Of a stretch of DNA of 64,000 nucleotides, positions 31,619 to 43,403 are shown in pieces. The position numbers and the translations under genes were made by a program. How positions within the stretch are numbered: the first letter of the stretch is position 1; each line of letters starts with the position of its first letter. The DNA is from Methanothermobacter thermautotrophicus. Its GTDB lineage: Archaea > Methanobacteriota > Methanobacteria > Methanobacteriales > Methanothermobacteraceae. The stretch spans positions 55,625 through 119,624 of the forward strand of contig NZ_QKOF01000007.1 of assembly GCF_014889545.1 (NCBI RefSeq), written 5' to 3'. The notes beneath the pieces were generated by a model, which did not search any database, was not told the DNA's origin, and worked only from the letters and a program-made list of their open reading frames with translations.

Positions 31619-32389
31619 CTATTCAACCTCCCTTTCAATGAATTCCTTCACGTCCCTGATGCCTGACATGAACTGGGCAGGGAATACTATGGTTGAATTC
31701 TTTTCCGTGGCTATTTCAGCGAGGACCTGTAGATTTCGCAGTTGAAGGGCCACTGGATGTTTCTCAATCACGTCGGCGGCCTCTCCAAGCTTTGCTGCTG
31801 AGAGGTATTCTCCCTCTGCAGTGATTATCTTGGCACGTTTTTCCCTTTCAGCCTCTGCCTGTTTTGCCATTGCCCGCTGCATCCCTTCAGGGAGCTTTAT
31901 ATCCTTTATCTCCACGGTTGTTACGTTTATACCCCATGGTTCGCTGTGCTCATCTATCATCTCCTTTATCTTCTCATTTATCCTGGCTGTTTCTGAGAGG
32001 ACTTCGTCGAGGGCAAACTGGCCTATGACGTTCCTCACCGTGGTCTGTGAGATCTGGTTAACAGCTCCGTAATAGTCCTCAATTGCAACAACTGCCCTTA
32101 GAGGGTCAGAGACCTTGAAGTAGGCAACGGCGGCCACATCTATTGAAACGTTGTCCTGTGTTATTATCTTCTGGGAGGGTATGGGCATCGTAACTATTCG
32201 AAGCGAAACCTTTACCATCCTATCGATGACCGGGATTATTATGCGGAGGCCAGGTTCCCTGACTCCTATAACCTTTCCCAGTCTAAAAACAATCCCCCTC
32301 TCGTACTGTTTAACTATCTTCAGGCTCATGGCCAGAATAGCGATTATAATAGCTACCAGCAATCCTGCAATTAATGGATCCATAAGCAC
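31619..32389 (-). CDS. SPFH/band-7 (stomatin/slipin-like) membrane protein
   Basis: N-terminal transmembrane segment, then a conserved SPFH core ([14 protein letters not shown]...[10 protein letters not shown]...) and a C-terminal [14 protein letters not shown] coiled-coil. Confidence 0.8.
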   Translation of the reverse strand: MLMDPLIAGLLVAIIIAILAMSLKIVKQYERGIVFRLGKVIGVREPGLRIIIPVIDRMVKVSLRIVTMPIPSQKIITQDNVSIDVAAVAYFKVSDPLRAVVAIEDYYGAVNQISQTTVRNVIGQFALDEVLSETARINEKIKEMIDEHSEPWGINVTTVEIKDIKLPEGMQRAMAKQAEAEREKRAKIITAEGEYLSAAKLGEAADVIEKHPVALQLRNLQVLAEIATEKNSTIVFPAQFMSGIRDVKEFIEREVE

Positions 32390-32639
32390 CTCCCCCTCGA
32401 TTTCTTATATATTTCTTTGAACCCAATCTATATCTAGATTTTGGTATCTGTTTCATTCGTTATAGGTAAACATAAAGAATAATATAATAATGTAATATAT
32501 AAATTTATCTAATTATTATGATCTTCGTTATGTGTCAATCAGAGTTATTGGACATGGGCAGGATCCTTAGTTATGCCAATTAAATTAGAGTTATTGGACA
32601 AAAAGAAAGAGCCCACAGCAGATCTGAACCTGATTGGAG

Positions 32640-33356
32640 TTATTCCTCAGGGTTCTCAATAACCTCAATGCCCCTGTCTGATATGGTGTAGGGTATGAAC
32701 TCGATGGGAGTCCTCGTACTCCTCATCTTGATGATATCCATGACCCTCTCCCTTCTTCCTGTGTAGGGGTTCTCCCTCTTTATCAGCCTTATGGCCCCGT
32801 AAACTGAGTAGAGGGCTATATCATTGAACTCCCCCGAGGTGGCGCTGTCAAGGATTATCATGGAAGTGATGTCCCTCCCTTTGAGTTCATAGATGAGGAG
32901 GTCGAACTGGTCCCTGAACTCATCCGTTGTGAGCTTCTCTGTGTGGCTACCTATACTGTCTATTATGAGGACCTCGGTGTCATCTGGAATCTCTGCAAGT
33001 ATCTTTTTGAGGTTCCCCTTGACAGATTCAATCCCGATGGATATCTCAGCCTCTGTAAGCCTGGCCCTTATTGCAGATAAACCGATAATCCTCAGTTCAC
33101 CGGATTCAAGGAGGTCACCGATCTCCCATCCAAGGGACGCGCACTGTATCCTCAGGTCAGTTTCATCCTCCTCTGTTGTTATGTATATGGTTTTAAGACC
33201 AGTTCTGGCGCTCTGAATGGCGAACTGGAGGGCCATTATGGTCTTACCGGATCCCGGGTCACCGGTTACGAGGATGCTCCTCCCCTTCGGGTAGCCCCCT
33301 ATTATATCATCAAGCCCCTTAATCCCCGTACCTGTACGTGATATTCTCTCTTCCAT
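32640..33356 (-). CDS. KaiC-like single-domain RecA-superfamily ATPase
   Basis: [15 protein letters not shown], Walker A GDPGSGKT, Walker B VLIIDSIG. The 238-aa size is typical of archaeal KaiC/RadA-like paralogs. Confidence 0.75.
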   Translation of the reverse strand: MEERISRTGTGIKGLDDIIGGYPKGRSILVTGDPGSGKTIMALQFAIQSARTGLKTIYITTEEDETDLRIQCASLGWEIGDLLESGELRIIGLSAIRARLTEAEISIGIESVKGNLKKILAEIPDDTEVLIIDSIGSHTEKLTTDEFRDQFDLLIYELKGRDITSMIILDSATSGEFNDIALYSVYGAIRLIKRENPYTGRRERVMDIIKMRSTRTPIEFIPYTISDRGIEVIENPEE

Positions 33357-33390
33357 CCTTTAAACCCCCCATTTTTTGCGAAAATTTGAA

Positions 33391-34638
33391 CTATACCAGG
33401 TGAAACTCGAAGGTGAGGTTCTCATCCCGGCTTCTGAGGCTTGAGGTCTGTATGACACTACCCTTTATACCGGTCCAGGTGAAGCTCCTCATCAGCATGG
33501 CCCTGAATATAAGGGAAAATATGGGGTTCTGTCTGGCCTCATTGATCCAGGGAAACGTCTTGAATTCAAGTATGTACCTCGGCTTCTCACCTCTGAGCTC
33601 GGTTTCAATACCAAGGTTCCTGAGGAAACCAGATATCCACTTTATGTAGGCATCAAAGACCCTCAAGGATTTCCTACCTGCCCTTATATCATCCAGAACA
33701 CCCAGTTTTTCCATGGTCCTCTGAAAGTTTGGTTTGAGGTTCTTCTCGAATCTATCAGCAAAGTTCTTTATTATGGCATTTCTGAGGTGTGGTGGTATGG
33801 AGGATGCGAATACAGGGACCGCCGAGACAACAAAGCCGTAGAGCTCAGCCTTTGACCTTTCCCGTATCAGCTCCTCCCTCTGCCTCTCAGCCTCCAGGCG
33901 GTCTGTGATGTCATGGCCTATTACCTGGAGGAGGTTCTTCTCTGATGCTGTTTCAATCCTGGTTGAATGTATCTCAAAGAAGCGCCTCCTGCCCCTGTGG
34001 TCAGTGAATTCAATTTCAACGACCTCATGATCGGAATTAAAAAGTTCAAGAATCTTTTTAAGCCTAATTTCAGATATCAGACCCCTCTTCTGAAGCAATG
34101 AAAGCTTTTTACCCTTCAGCTGTTTTCTTTCAAGTCCTGTGAGTTCCTCAACAGACCTGTTTACAAAGAGTATCCTTGAGTCAGAGTCCATGAGGATTAT
34201 GGGGTCAGGGGATGCTTCAAGCAGGGCCCTGTATCTCTCCTCGCTTTCACGGAGTTTGCTGTCCATTTTGTGCTTGTACAGAGCAATCTCAATGGCGCTG
34301 TGGAGTTCCCGGTCCTCGAAGGGCTTTATTATGTAACCGAAGGGTTCTGTGAGCTTTGCGCGGCTCAGGGTCTTCTCATCAGAGTAGGCTGTGAGGTATA
34401 CGGCCGGGATGTTAAGCTCCTCCCTTATAATCTCTGCCGCCTCTATACCATCCATTTCACCCTTCAGGACGATGTCCATGAGGACCAGGTCCGGTTTCTC
34501 CTCACGCGCAAGCCTTATAGCATCCTCACCCGAAGCAGCGATTCCCACAACCCGATAGCCAAGGCCCTCAGCCCTGTGCTTGATGTCCATGGCCACTATG
34601 CTCTCATCCTCAACAACAAGCAAACTTGTAGGTGACAT
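33391..34638 (-). CDS. Response regulator: receiver (REC) + PAS + C-terminal methanogen-type output domain
   Basis: REC: LVVEDESIVAMDI...DLVLMDIVLKGEMDG...YIIKPF. PAS region: ILFVNRSVEELTG. The C-terminal domain shares the pattern EFKTFPWINEARQNPIFS...SFTW with the C-terminus of the 45329-46162 protein. Confidence 0.7.
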   Translation of the reverse strand: MSPTSLLVVEDESIVAMDIKHRAEGLGYRVVGIAASGEDAIRLAREEKPDLVLMDIVLKGEMDGIEAAEIIREELNIPAVYLTAYSDEKTLSRAKLTEPFGYIIKPFEDRELHSAIEIALYKHKMDSKLRESEERYRALLEASPDPIILMDSDSRILFVNRSVEELTGLERKQLKGKKLSLLQKRGLISEIRLKKILELFNSDHEVVEIEFTDHRGRRRFFEIHSTRIETASEKNLLQVIGHDITDRLEAERQREELIRERSKAELYGFVVSAVPVFASSIPPHLRNAIIKNFADRFEKNLKPNFQRTMEKLGVLDDIRAGRKSLRVFDAYIKWISGFLRNLGIETELRGEKPRYILEFKTFPWINEARQNPIFSLIFRAMLMRSFTWTGIKGSVIQTSSLRSRDENLTFEFHLV

Positions 34639-34838
34639 TTAATCCTCCACAGCATAATATTTAATCATGATCCTGACTTTAGAGTTATATAACATCGGGC
34701 GTCTTTTCATCCAGATATTAAGACACACCCCTCAGTTAGGATATTAATATGTGATCAATCATTATAAATAATTTGCTGAAATCCCCCCTTTCAGTCTTTA
34801 AGAAAACCATAGCTCATTGGGGGATCAGGTGCCGGGAT

Positions 34839-36578
34839 TTAGCCATTCTGGTCTCCTCTGAGGTGCCTGTGTATCCTCTCTGCAACCTCACGGGTCATCC
34901 CTGGGATGGAGGCCAGCTCCTCCACGGTGGCATCCCTCACACCATCAAGGCTTCCGAAGTGCTCAAGGAGGGCCCTCTTTCTTGCAGGACCAACACCCCT
35001 TATACCGTCAAGTTCCGATTCAAGGGAATCCCTCTCCCTTATCCTCCTGTGATACTTGACAGCAAACCGGTGGGCCTCGTCACGCAGGTGCCTGAGGATC
35101 TGCAGTGCACCATCAGATACATCAACGGGTCCTGATATGCCTGGAAGGTAGACCTCTTCCCTCTTCTTGGCTATACCCACAACCGGCACATTAACCCCGC
35201 AGGATTTAAGGGCCTCAAGGGCTGCCCCCAGCTGACCCTTCCCCCCATCTATCAGTACAAGGTCAGGCTTCCTGAGGTCAGGGCTGGAGTACCTCCTCTC
35301 AACGAGTTCCCTCATCATTGCATAGTCGTCGGGCCCTGGAGTTGAAATTCTGTACCTGCGGTAGGATCCAGGGGATGGTTTACCATCGATGAAAACGGCG
35401 ACCGAGCCTGTTGCAGATTCACCTGCAATGTTTGAGATGTCAAGGCCCTCCATTCTCCTGGGTATACCCGGGAGCCTGAGGTCATCCTTGAGCTGGAGGA
35501 GGGCGTCCCGGACCCTTCCCTTCTGTTTCAGTATCACCGACGCATTCTTCCAGGCGATGTTGAGGAGCCTGCGGCCGGCTCCGCCCTCAGGGGAGTGTAT
35601 CCTCACAGCATCCCCCCTGAGCTCAGAGAGCCACTCCTCTATGACATCATCCTCCACAGGGTACTGGGTGAGTATCTCTGAGGGCACCCTGCGGGGTATG
35701 GCGTAGTACTGCTTGAGGAAGGCCTCAAGGATTTCGGTCCGGGGGGCTGAGCCCCTGAGGAGGAAGTCGTCCTTTCCTGTGATCTTACCGTCACGTATCT
35801 GGAGGACCACAACAGCTGATGTATCCCCATCCCTCTCGAGGGCCACTATATCCTGGTCAATGGAGTCTGTGAAGGATGCGTGCTGTCTCTCCATGACCTC
35901 CCTTATGGATTCTATCTGGTCCCTGATCCTGGCTGCCCTCTCAAATTCAAGTTTATCTGCAGCCTCCCTCATCTCCTCCTCAAGCACCTCAATAACGTCC
36001 CTGTAGCGTCCCTGGAAGAAGAGGTCGACCTTCTCTATGATCTCCCTGTATTCTTCCCTGCTGATCCCACCATCACATGGGGCGTAACATAGGTCTATCT
36101 GGCTGTTGAGGCATGGCCCGTCCATCCTCCTGCAGCTCCTTATCCTGAAGAGTGACTTTATGAGTTTCAGGGTCCTCCGGACCGCCCCGGTATCTGTGAA
36201 GGGCCCGTAGTACCTTGCACTGTCCTTCCCTATGGTTCGAACTATGAGGACCCGCGGGTATTCCTCATCCGTTATCTTGATGAAGGGGTACCTCTTATCG
36301 TCCTTCAGACGGACATTGTAGGGGGGCCTGTACCTCTTTATGAGGTTGGACTCAAGGATGAGGGCCTCCTTCTCGTTTTCGGTCAGGATGTACTCTATGC
36401 TCTCAAGGTGCCTCATCATGATCCTCAGACGGGGGTTCTCCTGTTCCCTGAAGTAGGATGAGACCCTCTTCCTTATGGAGATGGACTTACCAACATAGAG
36501 GACCCTGTTGTCCCTGTCACGGAATATGTAGACGCCTGTGGCATCAGGAAGCTTCTCTGGATCCTTAAACCTCGTCAA
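34839..36578 (-). CDS. uvrC: Excinuclease ABC subunit C
   Basis: GIY-YIG N-terminus (GVYIFRDRDNRVLYVGKSISIRKR), a central UvrBC region and C-terminal RNaseH-like/HhH domains. 579 aa. Confidence 0.9.
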   Translation of the reverse strand: MTRFKDPEKLPDATGVYIFRDRDNRVLYVGKSISIRKRVSSYFREQENPRLRIMMRHLESIEYILTENEKEALILESNLIKRYRPPYNVRLKDDKRYPFIKITDEEYPRVLIVRTIGKDSARYYGPFTDTGAVRRTLKLIKSLFRIRSCRRMDGPCLNSQIDLCYAPCDGGISREEYREIIEKVDLFFQGRYRDVIEVLEEEMREAADKLEFERAARIRDQIESIREVMERQHASFTDSIDQDIVALERDGDTSAVVVLQIRDGKITGKDDFLLRGSAPRTEILEAFLKQYYAIPRRVPSEILTQYPVEDDVIEEWLSELRGDAVRIHSPEGGAGRRLLNIAWKNASVILKQKGRVRDALLQLKDDLRLPGIPRRMEGLDISNIAGESATGSVAVFIDGKPSPGSYRRYRISTPGPDDYAMMRELVERRYSSPDLRKPDLVLIDGGKGQLGAALEALKSCGVNVPVVGIAKKREEVYLPGISGPVDVSDGALQILRHLRDEAHRFAVKYHRRIRERDSLESELDGIRGVGPARKRALLEHFGSLDGVRDATVEELASIPGMTREVAERIHRHLRGDQNG

Positions 36579-36749
36579 TTTATCATTACCATCCTCTAAT
36601 TAATGTTTAAAAGAAGTCAGTGGATCATCTCAGGTAACTTAACCCATGATTTTTTCTGGACCCGGTTTCTATTATAATGGCAAAGGTATATATAAGTTGA
36701 CCCTGAAATATAGTTTCACAATAAATGAGGTTCTTATTTTAAGTGATTT

Positions 36750-38690
36750 GTGATGAAGTTTAAACTGGTATCAGAGTACAGACCCCTCGGGGATCAGCCA
36801 GAGGCTATAAGGTCCCTTGTTAACGGTATAAAATCCGGGATGAGGGAGCAAACCCTCCTGGGGGTCACTGGTTCAGGCAAGACCTTCACGGTGGCCAATG
36901 TGATTGCAGAGGTCCAGAAGCCCACCCTGGTAATATCCCACAACAAGACCCTGGCGGCGCAGCTCTACGAGGAGTTCAGGGAGTTCTTCCCTGAGAACGC
37001 CGTGGAGTACTTCGTGAGCTACTATGACTTCTACCAGCCGGAGGCCTACATACCCCAGACAGACACCTACATAGACAAGGAGGCGTCCATAAACGACGAG
37101 ATAGACAGGATGAGGCACTCGGCAACCCAGGCCCTCCTCTCCAGGGACGACGTCATCGTGGTGTCCAGTGTCTCCTGCATCTATGGTATAGGTGCACCGG
37201 CAGACTACGGTGAATTCACCCTCCACCTCGAGGTCGGCTCCAGCCCCGGCAGGGAGGAGGTGCTGGAGGGCCTCATCAAAATGCAGTACGAGAGAAACGA
37301 TGTCGAATTTGACAGGGGACAGTTCCGGGTCCGCGGTGACACCCTGGAGATCAACCCAGTCCATGGGACACCACCCATAAGGATAGAATTCTTTGGCGAT
37401 GAGATAGATTCCATATCAACTGTCCACAGGGTCACCGGCAGAAGGATACAGAAACTGGACCGTGTAACCATATTCCCGGCCAAGCACTTCGTGATACCCG
37501 AGGACAGGCTCCAGAGGGCGATAGAGTCAATAGAGGCGGAACTTGAGGAGAGATTAAGCGAACTTAAAGCCCAGAACAAACTCCTGGAGGCCCAGAGGCT
37601 GGAGCAGAGGACAAGATTCGACATGGAGATGCTGAGGGAGATGGGCTACTGCCAGGGCATAGAGAACTACTCGATGCACCTCAGCGGGAGGAAGTGGGGT
37701 GAGAAACCAAACACGCTCCTGGACTACTTCCCTGAGGACTTCCTCACAGTCATAGACGAGTCCCATGTGACTGTACCCCAGATAAGGGGCATGTACAACG
37801 GTGACCGGGCAAGGAAGGACACCCTGGTGGAGTACGGCTTCAGACTACCCAGCGCCAGGGAGAACAGACCACTACGCTTCGACGAGTTCCAGGAGAGCGT
37901 GAACCAGGTGATCTATGTCTCTGCAACCCCTGGAAGGTATGAGCTCTCAAGGAGCCAGAACATCGTCGAACAGATCATAAGGCCCACCGGCCTGGTGGAC
38001 CCTGAGGTCAAGATAAGGCCAGTTAAGGGGCAGGTGGATGACCTCCTCTCTGAGATAAGGAGGCGGGTTGAGCGGGGTGAGAGGGTCCTTGTAACCACCC
38101 TCACAAAGAGGATGGCCGAGGACCTCACAGACTACTACTCAAGGGTCGGTGTGAAGGTCAGGTACCTCCACTCCGAGATAGACACCCTCGAGCGTGTTGA
38201 GATCATAGACGACCTCCGGAGGGGAGAATTCGACTGCCTGGTGGGTGTTAACCTCCTCAGGGAGGGCCTGGACCTTCCGGAGGTGTCCCTGGTGGCGATA
38301 CTCGATGCAGACAAGGAGGGCTTCCTGAGGTCAGAGACCTCACTTATACAGACAATCGGGAGGGCCGCCAGGAACGTTAACGGCGAGGTGATCATATACG
38401 CCGACAGGCTCACAGACTCGGTGATGGCGGCGGTTGAGACGACCAACAGGAGAAGGAAGCTGCAGATGGAGTACAACCGCAGGCACGGCATAGAACCGAG
38501 GAGTACACGGAGGACCCTCAGGGAGAAGAAGAAGGACCCTGAGGAGCTGAAGGTGGATGATATACCAGGCCATGAACTTGAGGACATAATAAGGGACCTT
38601 GAGGTAGAGATGAGGGAGGCTGCAAGGAACCTTGAATTTGAGAGGGCCGCCAGGATCAGGGACCAGATAATGTCCCTGAGGGACAGTTAA
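36750..38690 (+). CDS. uvrB: Excinuclease ABC subunit B
   Basis: [10 protein letters not shown] Walker A, helicase motifs, and the C-terminal UvrB-UvrC interaction motif [16 protein letters not shown]. 646 aa. Confidence 0.92.
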   Translation: MMKFKLVSEYRPLGDQPEAIRSLVNGIKSGMREQTLLGVTGSGKTFTVANVIAEVQKPTLVISHNKTLAAQLYEEFREFFPENAVEYFVSYYDFYQPEAYIPQTDTYIDKEASINDEIDRMRHSATQALLSRDDVIVVSSVSCIYGIGAPADYGEFTLHLEVGSSPGREEVLEGLIKMQYERNDVEFDRGQFRVRGDTLEINPVHGTPPIRIEFFGDEIDSISTVHRVTGRRIQKLDRVTIFPAKHFVIPEDRLQRAIESIEAELEERLSELKAQNKLLEAQRLEQRTRFDMEMLREMGYCQGIENYSMHLSGRKWGEKPNTLLDYFPEDFLTVIDESHVTVPQIRGMYNGDRARKDTLVEYGFRLPSARENRPLRFDEFQESVNQVIYVSATPGRYELSRSQNIVEQIIRPTGLVDPEVKIRPVKGQVDDLLSEIRRRVERGERVLVTTLTKRMAEDLTDYYSRVGVKVRYLHSEIDTLERVEIIDDLRRGEFDCLVGVNLLREGLDLPEVSLVAILDADKEGFLRSETSLIQTIGRAARNVNGEVIIYADRLTDSVMAAVETTNRRRKLQMEYNRRHGIEPRSTRRTLREKKKDPEELKVDDIPGHELEDIIRDLEVEMREAARNLEFERAARIRDQIMSLRDS

Positions 38691-38726
38691 ACAATTTTGA
38701 GTCATCAATGGGAGATACTGAGGATT

Positions 38727-41591
38727 ATGAGTGGTAAAATAGTCATTAAGGGTGCAAGGGAGCACAACCTTCAGAACGTGGACCTTGAACTTCCACGTGA
38801 TAAATTCATTGTCATAACAGGCATAAGCGGGTCAGGGAAGTCATCACTGGCCTTTGACACAATATACGCTGAGGGGCAGCGCAGGTACGTGGAGTCCCTC
38901 TCAGCCTATGCAAGGCAGTTCCTGGGGCAGATGAAGAAGCCTGAGATGGACTACATTGAGGGGCTGTCACCAGCCATTTCCATAGACCAGAAGACGACCC
39001 GGGTCAACCCCAGATCAACGGTGGGGACAATAACAGAGATCTATGACTACCTGAGGCTCCTGTTTGCAAGGATAGGTAAACCCCACTGCTACCTCTGCGG
39101 CAGGGAGATAGAGCAGCAGACCTCGACCCAGATAGTGGACAGGATAATGGATGACGGTGAGGGTGAACGGATAATAATACTCGCCCCTGCAGTCAGGGAC
39201 CGGAAGGGGGAGCACCAGCGGGTATTCGAGAGGCTCAGGGAGCAGGGCTTCGTAAGGGTCCGGGTCGACGGTGAGATACACGACCTTGAAGAGGAATTCC
39301 ACCTCGACAGGAACAGGAAGCACTCGATTGATGTCGTTGTGGACAGGCTGATTGTGAGGAGGGACACAGAGTTCAGGAAGAGGCTGGCGGACTCCATTGA
39401 AACAGCCCTCCAGCTGGGGGAGGGGACCGTCAGGGTCCTCAACCATGACACAGGCGAGGAGAGGATCTACAGTGAACACTTCGCATGCCCTGACTGTGGC
39501 ATAAACTTTGAGGAGATCAGCCCCAGGATGTTCTCATTCAACAGTCCACACGGTGCCTGCCCTGAGTGTAATGGTCTCGGAAGCAAACTTGAGATCGACC
39601 CAGACCTTGTGGTGCCCTACCCTGAACGCTCAATAAACGAGGGCGCCATTGTGCCCTGGAGCAGATCAGGGAAGAAGGATAACTACTACCACCAGATGCT
39701 GAGGGCGGTGGCCGAGCACTACGGCTTCAGCCTGGACACCCCCTTCAGGGACCTGGAAGAGGAACACAGGAGAATCATCCTATACGGGAGTGATGAGAAG
39801 ATACAGTTCGTATTCCAGAGAAAAAACAGGACCTACCGGGTGAACCGGCGCTTCGAGGGCGTAATACCCCGCATGGAGAGGATATACATGGAGACCAAGT
39901 CCAACTACATGAGGACATATATAGGTAAGTTCATGAGCAACCATGCCTGTCCGGTATGCGGGGGAAGCAGACTCCGCCCGGAGAGCCTCTCAGTAACCAT
40001 CAACGGAAGATCAATACATGACGTCGTTGAGATGTCGATAAGGGAGGCCCATGACTTCTTCGAATCCCTGAGGCTCACTGAAAGGGAGGAGTACATAGCA
40101 AGGGAGGTCCTCAAGGAGATAAGGGAGAGGCTGCGCTTCCTTATCGATGTGGGCCTGGATTACCTCACCCTATCAAGGTCATCCGGAACCCTCTCAGGGG
40201 GCGAGGCCCAGAGGATAAGGCTCGCCACCCAGATAGGCTCCGGCCTCGTGGGGGTCCTCTACATCCTGGATGAGCCCAGCATAGGACTCCACCAGAGGGA
40301 CAACAGGAGACTCATAGAGACCCTCAAGAGGCTCAGGGACCTTGGAAACACCCTCATAGTTGTGGAACACGACGAGGAAACAATCCTATCAGCAGACCAC
40401 GTTGTCGACATCGGCCCGGGCGCCGGTGAACACGGAGGCCGCGTGGTTGCAGAGGGAACCCCCGGGGAGATAATGGAGGACCCTGATTCACTTACAGGGG
40501 CCTACCTCTCAGGCAGGGAAACAATACCCATACCAGAGCTCAGGAGGAGGCCATCAGGAAAGTACATAACCGTGAGGGGTGCGGCAGAGAACAACCTCAG
40601 AGAAATCGACGTCAGGATACCCCTGGGGGTCTTCACCTGTGTCACAGGGGTCTCAGGGTCAGGGAAGAGCACACTCGTCAATGACATACTCTACAGGGGC
40701 GTCTATGAGAGGCTCAACCACAAGCACATGAACGCCGGGAGGCACACCGACATTGAGGGCCTCCAGCACATCGACAAGGTCGTGATGATAGACCAGTCAC
40801 CCATAGGCAGAACACCACGCTCAAACCCGGCAACCTACACAGGGGTGTTCACCCACATAAGGGAACTCTTTGCCCAGACCCCTGAGGCCAGGAAGAGGGG
40901 CTACAGGCCCGGCAGGTTCAGCTTCAACGTCAAGGGCGGGCGATGCGAGGCCTGCAGCGGGGACGGTATAATCAAGATAGAGATGCACTTCCTGGCAGAC
41001 GTCTACGTCCCCTGTGAGGTGTGCAGGGGCAGGAGATACAACGAGGAGACCCTTGAGATACGCTACAGGGGCAGGAACATCGCCGAGGTCCTTGACATGA
41101 CCGTGGAGGAGGCCCTTGAATTCTTTGAGAACATACCCCAGGTGAGGAGGAAGCTCCAGACCCTCTATGATGTGGGCCTTGGCTACATAAAACTCGGGCA
41201 GCCAGCAACCACCCTCTCAGGTGGTGAGGCCCAGAGGGTGAAACTTGCGAAGGAGCTCAGCAGGAGGAGCACCGGCAGGACACTGTACATCCTCGATGAG
41301 CCCACCACAGGCCTCCACTTTGATGATATCAGGAAGCTGCTCAACGTCCTCGGTAGACTGGTGGATGCAGGTAACACCGCCGTGGTTATAGAACACAACC
41401 TCGACGTTATAAAGTCTGCGGATCACATCATAGACCTGGGACCCGAGGGCGGTGAGAGGGGTGGTCTTGTGGTTGCAGAGGGGACCCCGGAGGAGGTTGC
41501 TGCCTCAGGTACACACACCGGCCGGTTCCTCAGGGAGGTCCTGGGGGGAGGCAGTGAGGATGTCCCTGTTGGTCAGACGGATACAGGATGA
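38727..41591 (+). CDS. uvrA: Excinuclease ABC subunit A
   Basis: Two ABC ATPase modules (GISGSGKSS and GVSGSGKST; LSGGEAQR twice), and zinc-finger cysteines CPDCG and CPECNG. Start placed at the ATG preceded by a GAGG ribosome-binding site; the listed ORF begins at an upstream in-frame TTG. Confidence 0.92.
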   Translation: MSGKIVIKGAREHNLQNVDLELPRDKFIVITGISGSGKSSLAFDTIYAEGQRRYVESLSAYARQFLGQMKKPEMDYIEGLSPAISIDQKTTRVNPRSTVGTITEIYDYLRLLFARIGKPHCYLCGREIEQQTSTQIVDRIMDDGEGERIIILAPAVRDRKGEHQRVFERLREQGFVRVRVDGEIHDLEEEFHLDRNRKHSIDVVVDRLIVRRDTEFRKRLADSIETALQLGEGTVRVLNHDTGEERIYSEHFACPDCGINFEEISPRMFSFNSPHGACPECNGLGSKLEIDPDLVVPYPERSINEGAIVPWSRSGKKDNYYHQMLRAVAEHYGFSLDTPFRDLEEEHRRIILYGSDEKIQFVFQRKNRTYRVNRRFEGVIPRMERIYMETKSNYMRTYIGKFMSNHACPVCGGSRLRPESLSVTINGRSIHDVVEMSIREAHDFFESLRLTEREEYIAREVLKEIRERLRFLIDVGLDYLTLSRSSGTLSGGEAQRIRLATQIGSGLVGVLYILDEPSIGLHQRDNRRLIETLKRLRDLGNTLIVVEHDEETILSADHVVDIGPGAGEHGGRVVAEGTPGEIMEDPDSLTGAYLSGRETIPIPELRRRPSGKYITVRGAAENNLREIDVRIPLGVFTCVTGVSGSGKSTLVNDILYRGVYERLNHKHMNAGRHTDIEGLQHIDKVVMIDQSPIGRTPRSNPATYTGVFTHIRELFAQTPEARKRGYRPGRFSFNVKGGRCEACSGDGIIKIEMHFLADVYVPCEVCRGRRYNEETLEIRYRGRNIAEVLDMTVEEALEFFENIPQVRRKLQTLYDVGLGYIKLGQPATTLSGGEAQRVKLAKELSRRSTGRTLYILDEPTTGLHFDDIRKLLNVLGRLVDAGNTAVVIEHNLDVIKSADHIIDLGPEGGERGGLVVAEGTPEEVAASGTHTGRFLREVLGGGSEDVPVGQTDTG

Positions 41592-41899
41592 ATGAACTGA
41601 ATGCAGGGGTGTCCCTGCATCATCTGTTACTGAGAACCCTGCGGCAAAATGGTGTTCCAGTGTCCTGTCTTATGTTCTGAGGGGCGTGCTGGATTATCAG
41701 CACCCCACCTCCAGTATTTTCATTTCAGCTTCACAGGCCACTGGAAAGCATGATTCTTCACTTATCTTGTTCATTCAGGAGGCAAATCTGATTTTTCTGA
41801 CACCCCTTTGATCATAGATTTTTCGCTGTTTTTTGTCTCTTCTGTTTTTTAGCCATATTCAAGGAAATTTTTTTATATAATCATCGCCAGAAATTTTAT

Positions 41900-42934
41900 G
41901 TGGTCATGATGAAGTATGAGGATATTCTGATGATTCTTGCAGCGGCCTGCCTGATGTTCTCCTTCAGCTGGCTGCATGGCATGTTACTGATTCTACCCCT
42001 GATTTCCATCCCTAAACTTTCATCAAGGACCCTTAAATGGGGTGTCCTGATATTCGCAGTTTTCGTGGCCCTCCTGATCCTCCAGCCGATGACCAGGGCA
42101 GCCGGCCTTAACATATCTGATGAGCTCTTCAGGATAGTGCTGCTGCTACTCTTCACATTCATGGTGGCTCTCCTGATCGAGAGGGTTGAGAAGGTCCGAT
42201 CCCTCAGGGAACTGAACATGGAACTTAAGAAACAGGCCGAGAAACTTGAGGATGCAAACAAGGAGCTCGAAGCCTTTGCATACTCTGTCTCCCATGACCT
42301 CAGGGTCCCCCTGAGGGCCATAGACGGCTTCTCAAGGATACTCGTCGAGGACTATGAGGACAGACTCGATGATGAGGGGGTGAGGATCCTCGGGATAATA
42401 AGGGATAACACCAGGAAGATGGGTCAGCTCATAGATGACATCCTCCTCCTCTCAAGGGCAGGCAGGCAGGAGATGAACCCTGTAATGCTTGACATGAGGG
42501 AACTGGCAGAGTCAACCTTCAGGGAAATCGCCTCCCAGGAGGAGGGGCGTTCAATAGAGTTTTCAGTGGCCGACCTGCCGCCTGCAATGGCTGACCGCGC
42601 CCTCATGGGCCAGGTAATGGCTAACCTCATATCAAACGCAATAAAATTCACAAGGGACCGGGACCCCGCCGTGATAGAGGTCGGCTACATGGATGGTGGT
42701 GATGAACACATATACTATGTTAAGGATAACGGGGCCGGATTTGACATGAAGTACGTCAGTAAGCTCTTCGGACTCTTCCAGAGACTGCACAGCCAGGAAG
42801 AATTTGAGGGGACAGGAGTGGGGCTTTCAATAGTCCAGAGGATCATAAAGAGACACGGTGGAAGAGTCTGGGGTGAAGGAGAGGTTGATGGTGGTGCAAC
42901 AATGTACTTCACACTTCCAAAGGTGATGAAATGA
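41900..42934 (+). CDS. Membrane sensor histidine kinase (HisKA + HATPase_c)
   Basis: N-terminal transmembrane helices, HisKA H-box [13 protein letters not shown], and the N, G1 (DNGAGFD) and G2 (GTGVGLS) boxes. Confidence 0.8.
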   Translation: MVMMKYEDILMILAAACLMFSFSWLHGMLLILPLISIPKLSSRTLKWGVLIFAVFVALLILQPMTRAAGLNISDELFRIVLLLLFTFMVALLIERVEKVRSLRELNMELKKQAEKLEDANKELEAFAYSVSHDLRVPLRAIDGFSRILVEDYEDRLDDEGVRILGIIRDNTRKMGQLIDDILLLSRAGRQEMNPVMLDMRELAESTFREIASQEEGRSIEFSVADLPPAMADRALMGQVMANLISNAIKFTRDRDPAVIEVGYMDGGDEHIYYVKDNGAGFDMKYVSKLFGLFQRLHSQEEFEGTGVGLSIVQRIIKRHGGRVWGEGEVDGGATMYFTLPKVMK

Positions 42935-43368
42935 TGACAGATGCAGATATACTCCTGGTTGAGGATAACCCCACAGACGCAGAACTAACCATAAGGGCCC
43001 TCAAGAAGAATAACCTTGCCAACAAGCTCCACTGGGTGAAGGATGGTGCGGAAGCCCTTGACTACATATTCGCCAGGGGCTCCTACGCTTACAGGGATCC
43101 TGAAAACCTCCCTAAACTGATCCTCCTTGACCTCAGGATGCCCAGGGTGGACGGCCTCGAGGTACTCCAGGAGATCAAGAGGAATGATTCAACCAGCAGG
43201 ATCCCTGTGGTGGTCCTCACATCCTCAAAGGAGGACCGTGACATAGTGGAAAGCTATAAACTTGGGGTTAACAGCTACGTGAGCAAACCCGTGGAGTTCG
43301 ATGAATTCATAAGCGCGGTTTCAACCCTTGGATTCTACTGGATGATCATAAACCAGCCCCCGGAATAA
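42931..43368 (+). CDS. Stand-alone CheY-like response regulator
   Basis: [10 protein letters not shown]...LILLDLRMP...VSKP receiver signature. Overlaps the HK stop (ATGA), so the two are translationally coupled. Confidence 0.8.
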   Translation: MMTDADILLVEDNPTDAELTIRALKKNNLANKLHWVKDGAEALDYIFARGSYAYRDPENLPKLILLDLRMPRVDGLEVLQEIKRNDSTSRIPVVVLTSSKEDRDIVESYKLGVNSYVSKPVEFDEFISAVSTLGFYWMIINQPPE

Positions 43369-43403
43369 TGATTTCTTAAGCTTACAAAGGAAGAGGAAAC
43401 GGA

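Noticed and set aside
38697-38726. TTG-initiated 10-codon extension of uvrA
   Set aside because: An ATG with a GAGG ribosome-binding site 5 nt upstream (38727) gives the canonical UvrA N-terminus [15 protein letters not shown]. The TTG lies only 6 nt after the uvrB stop.
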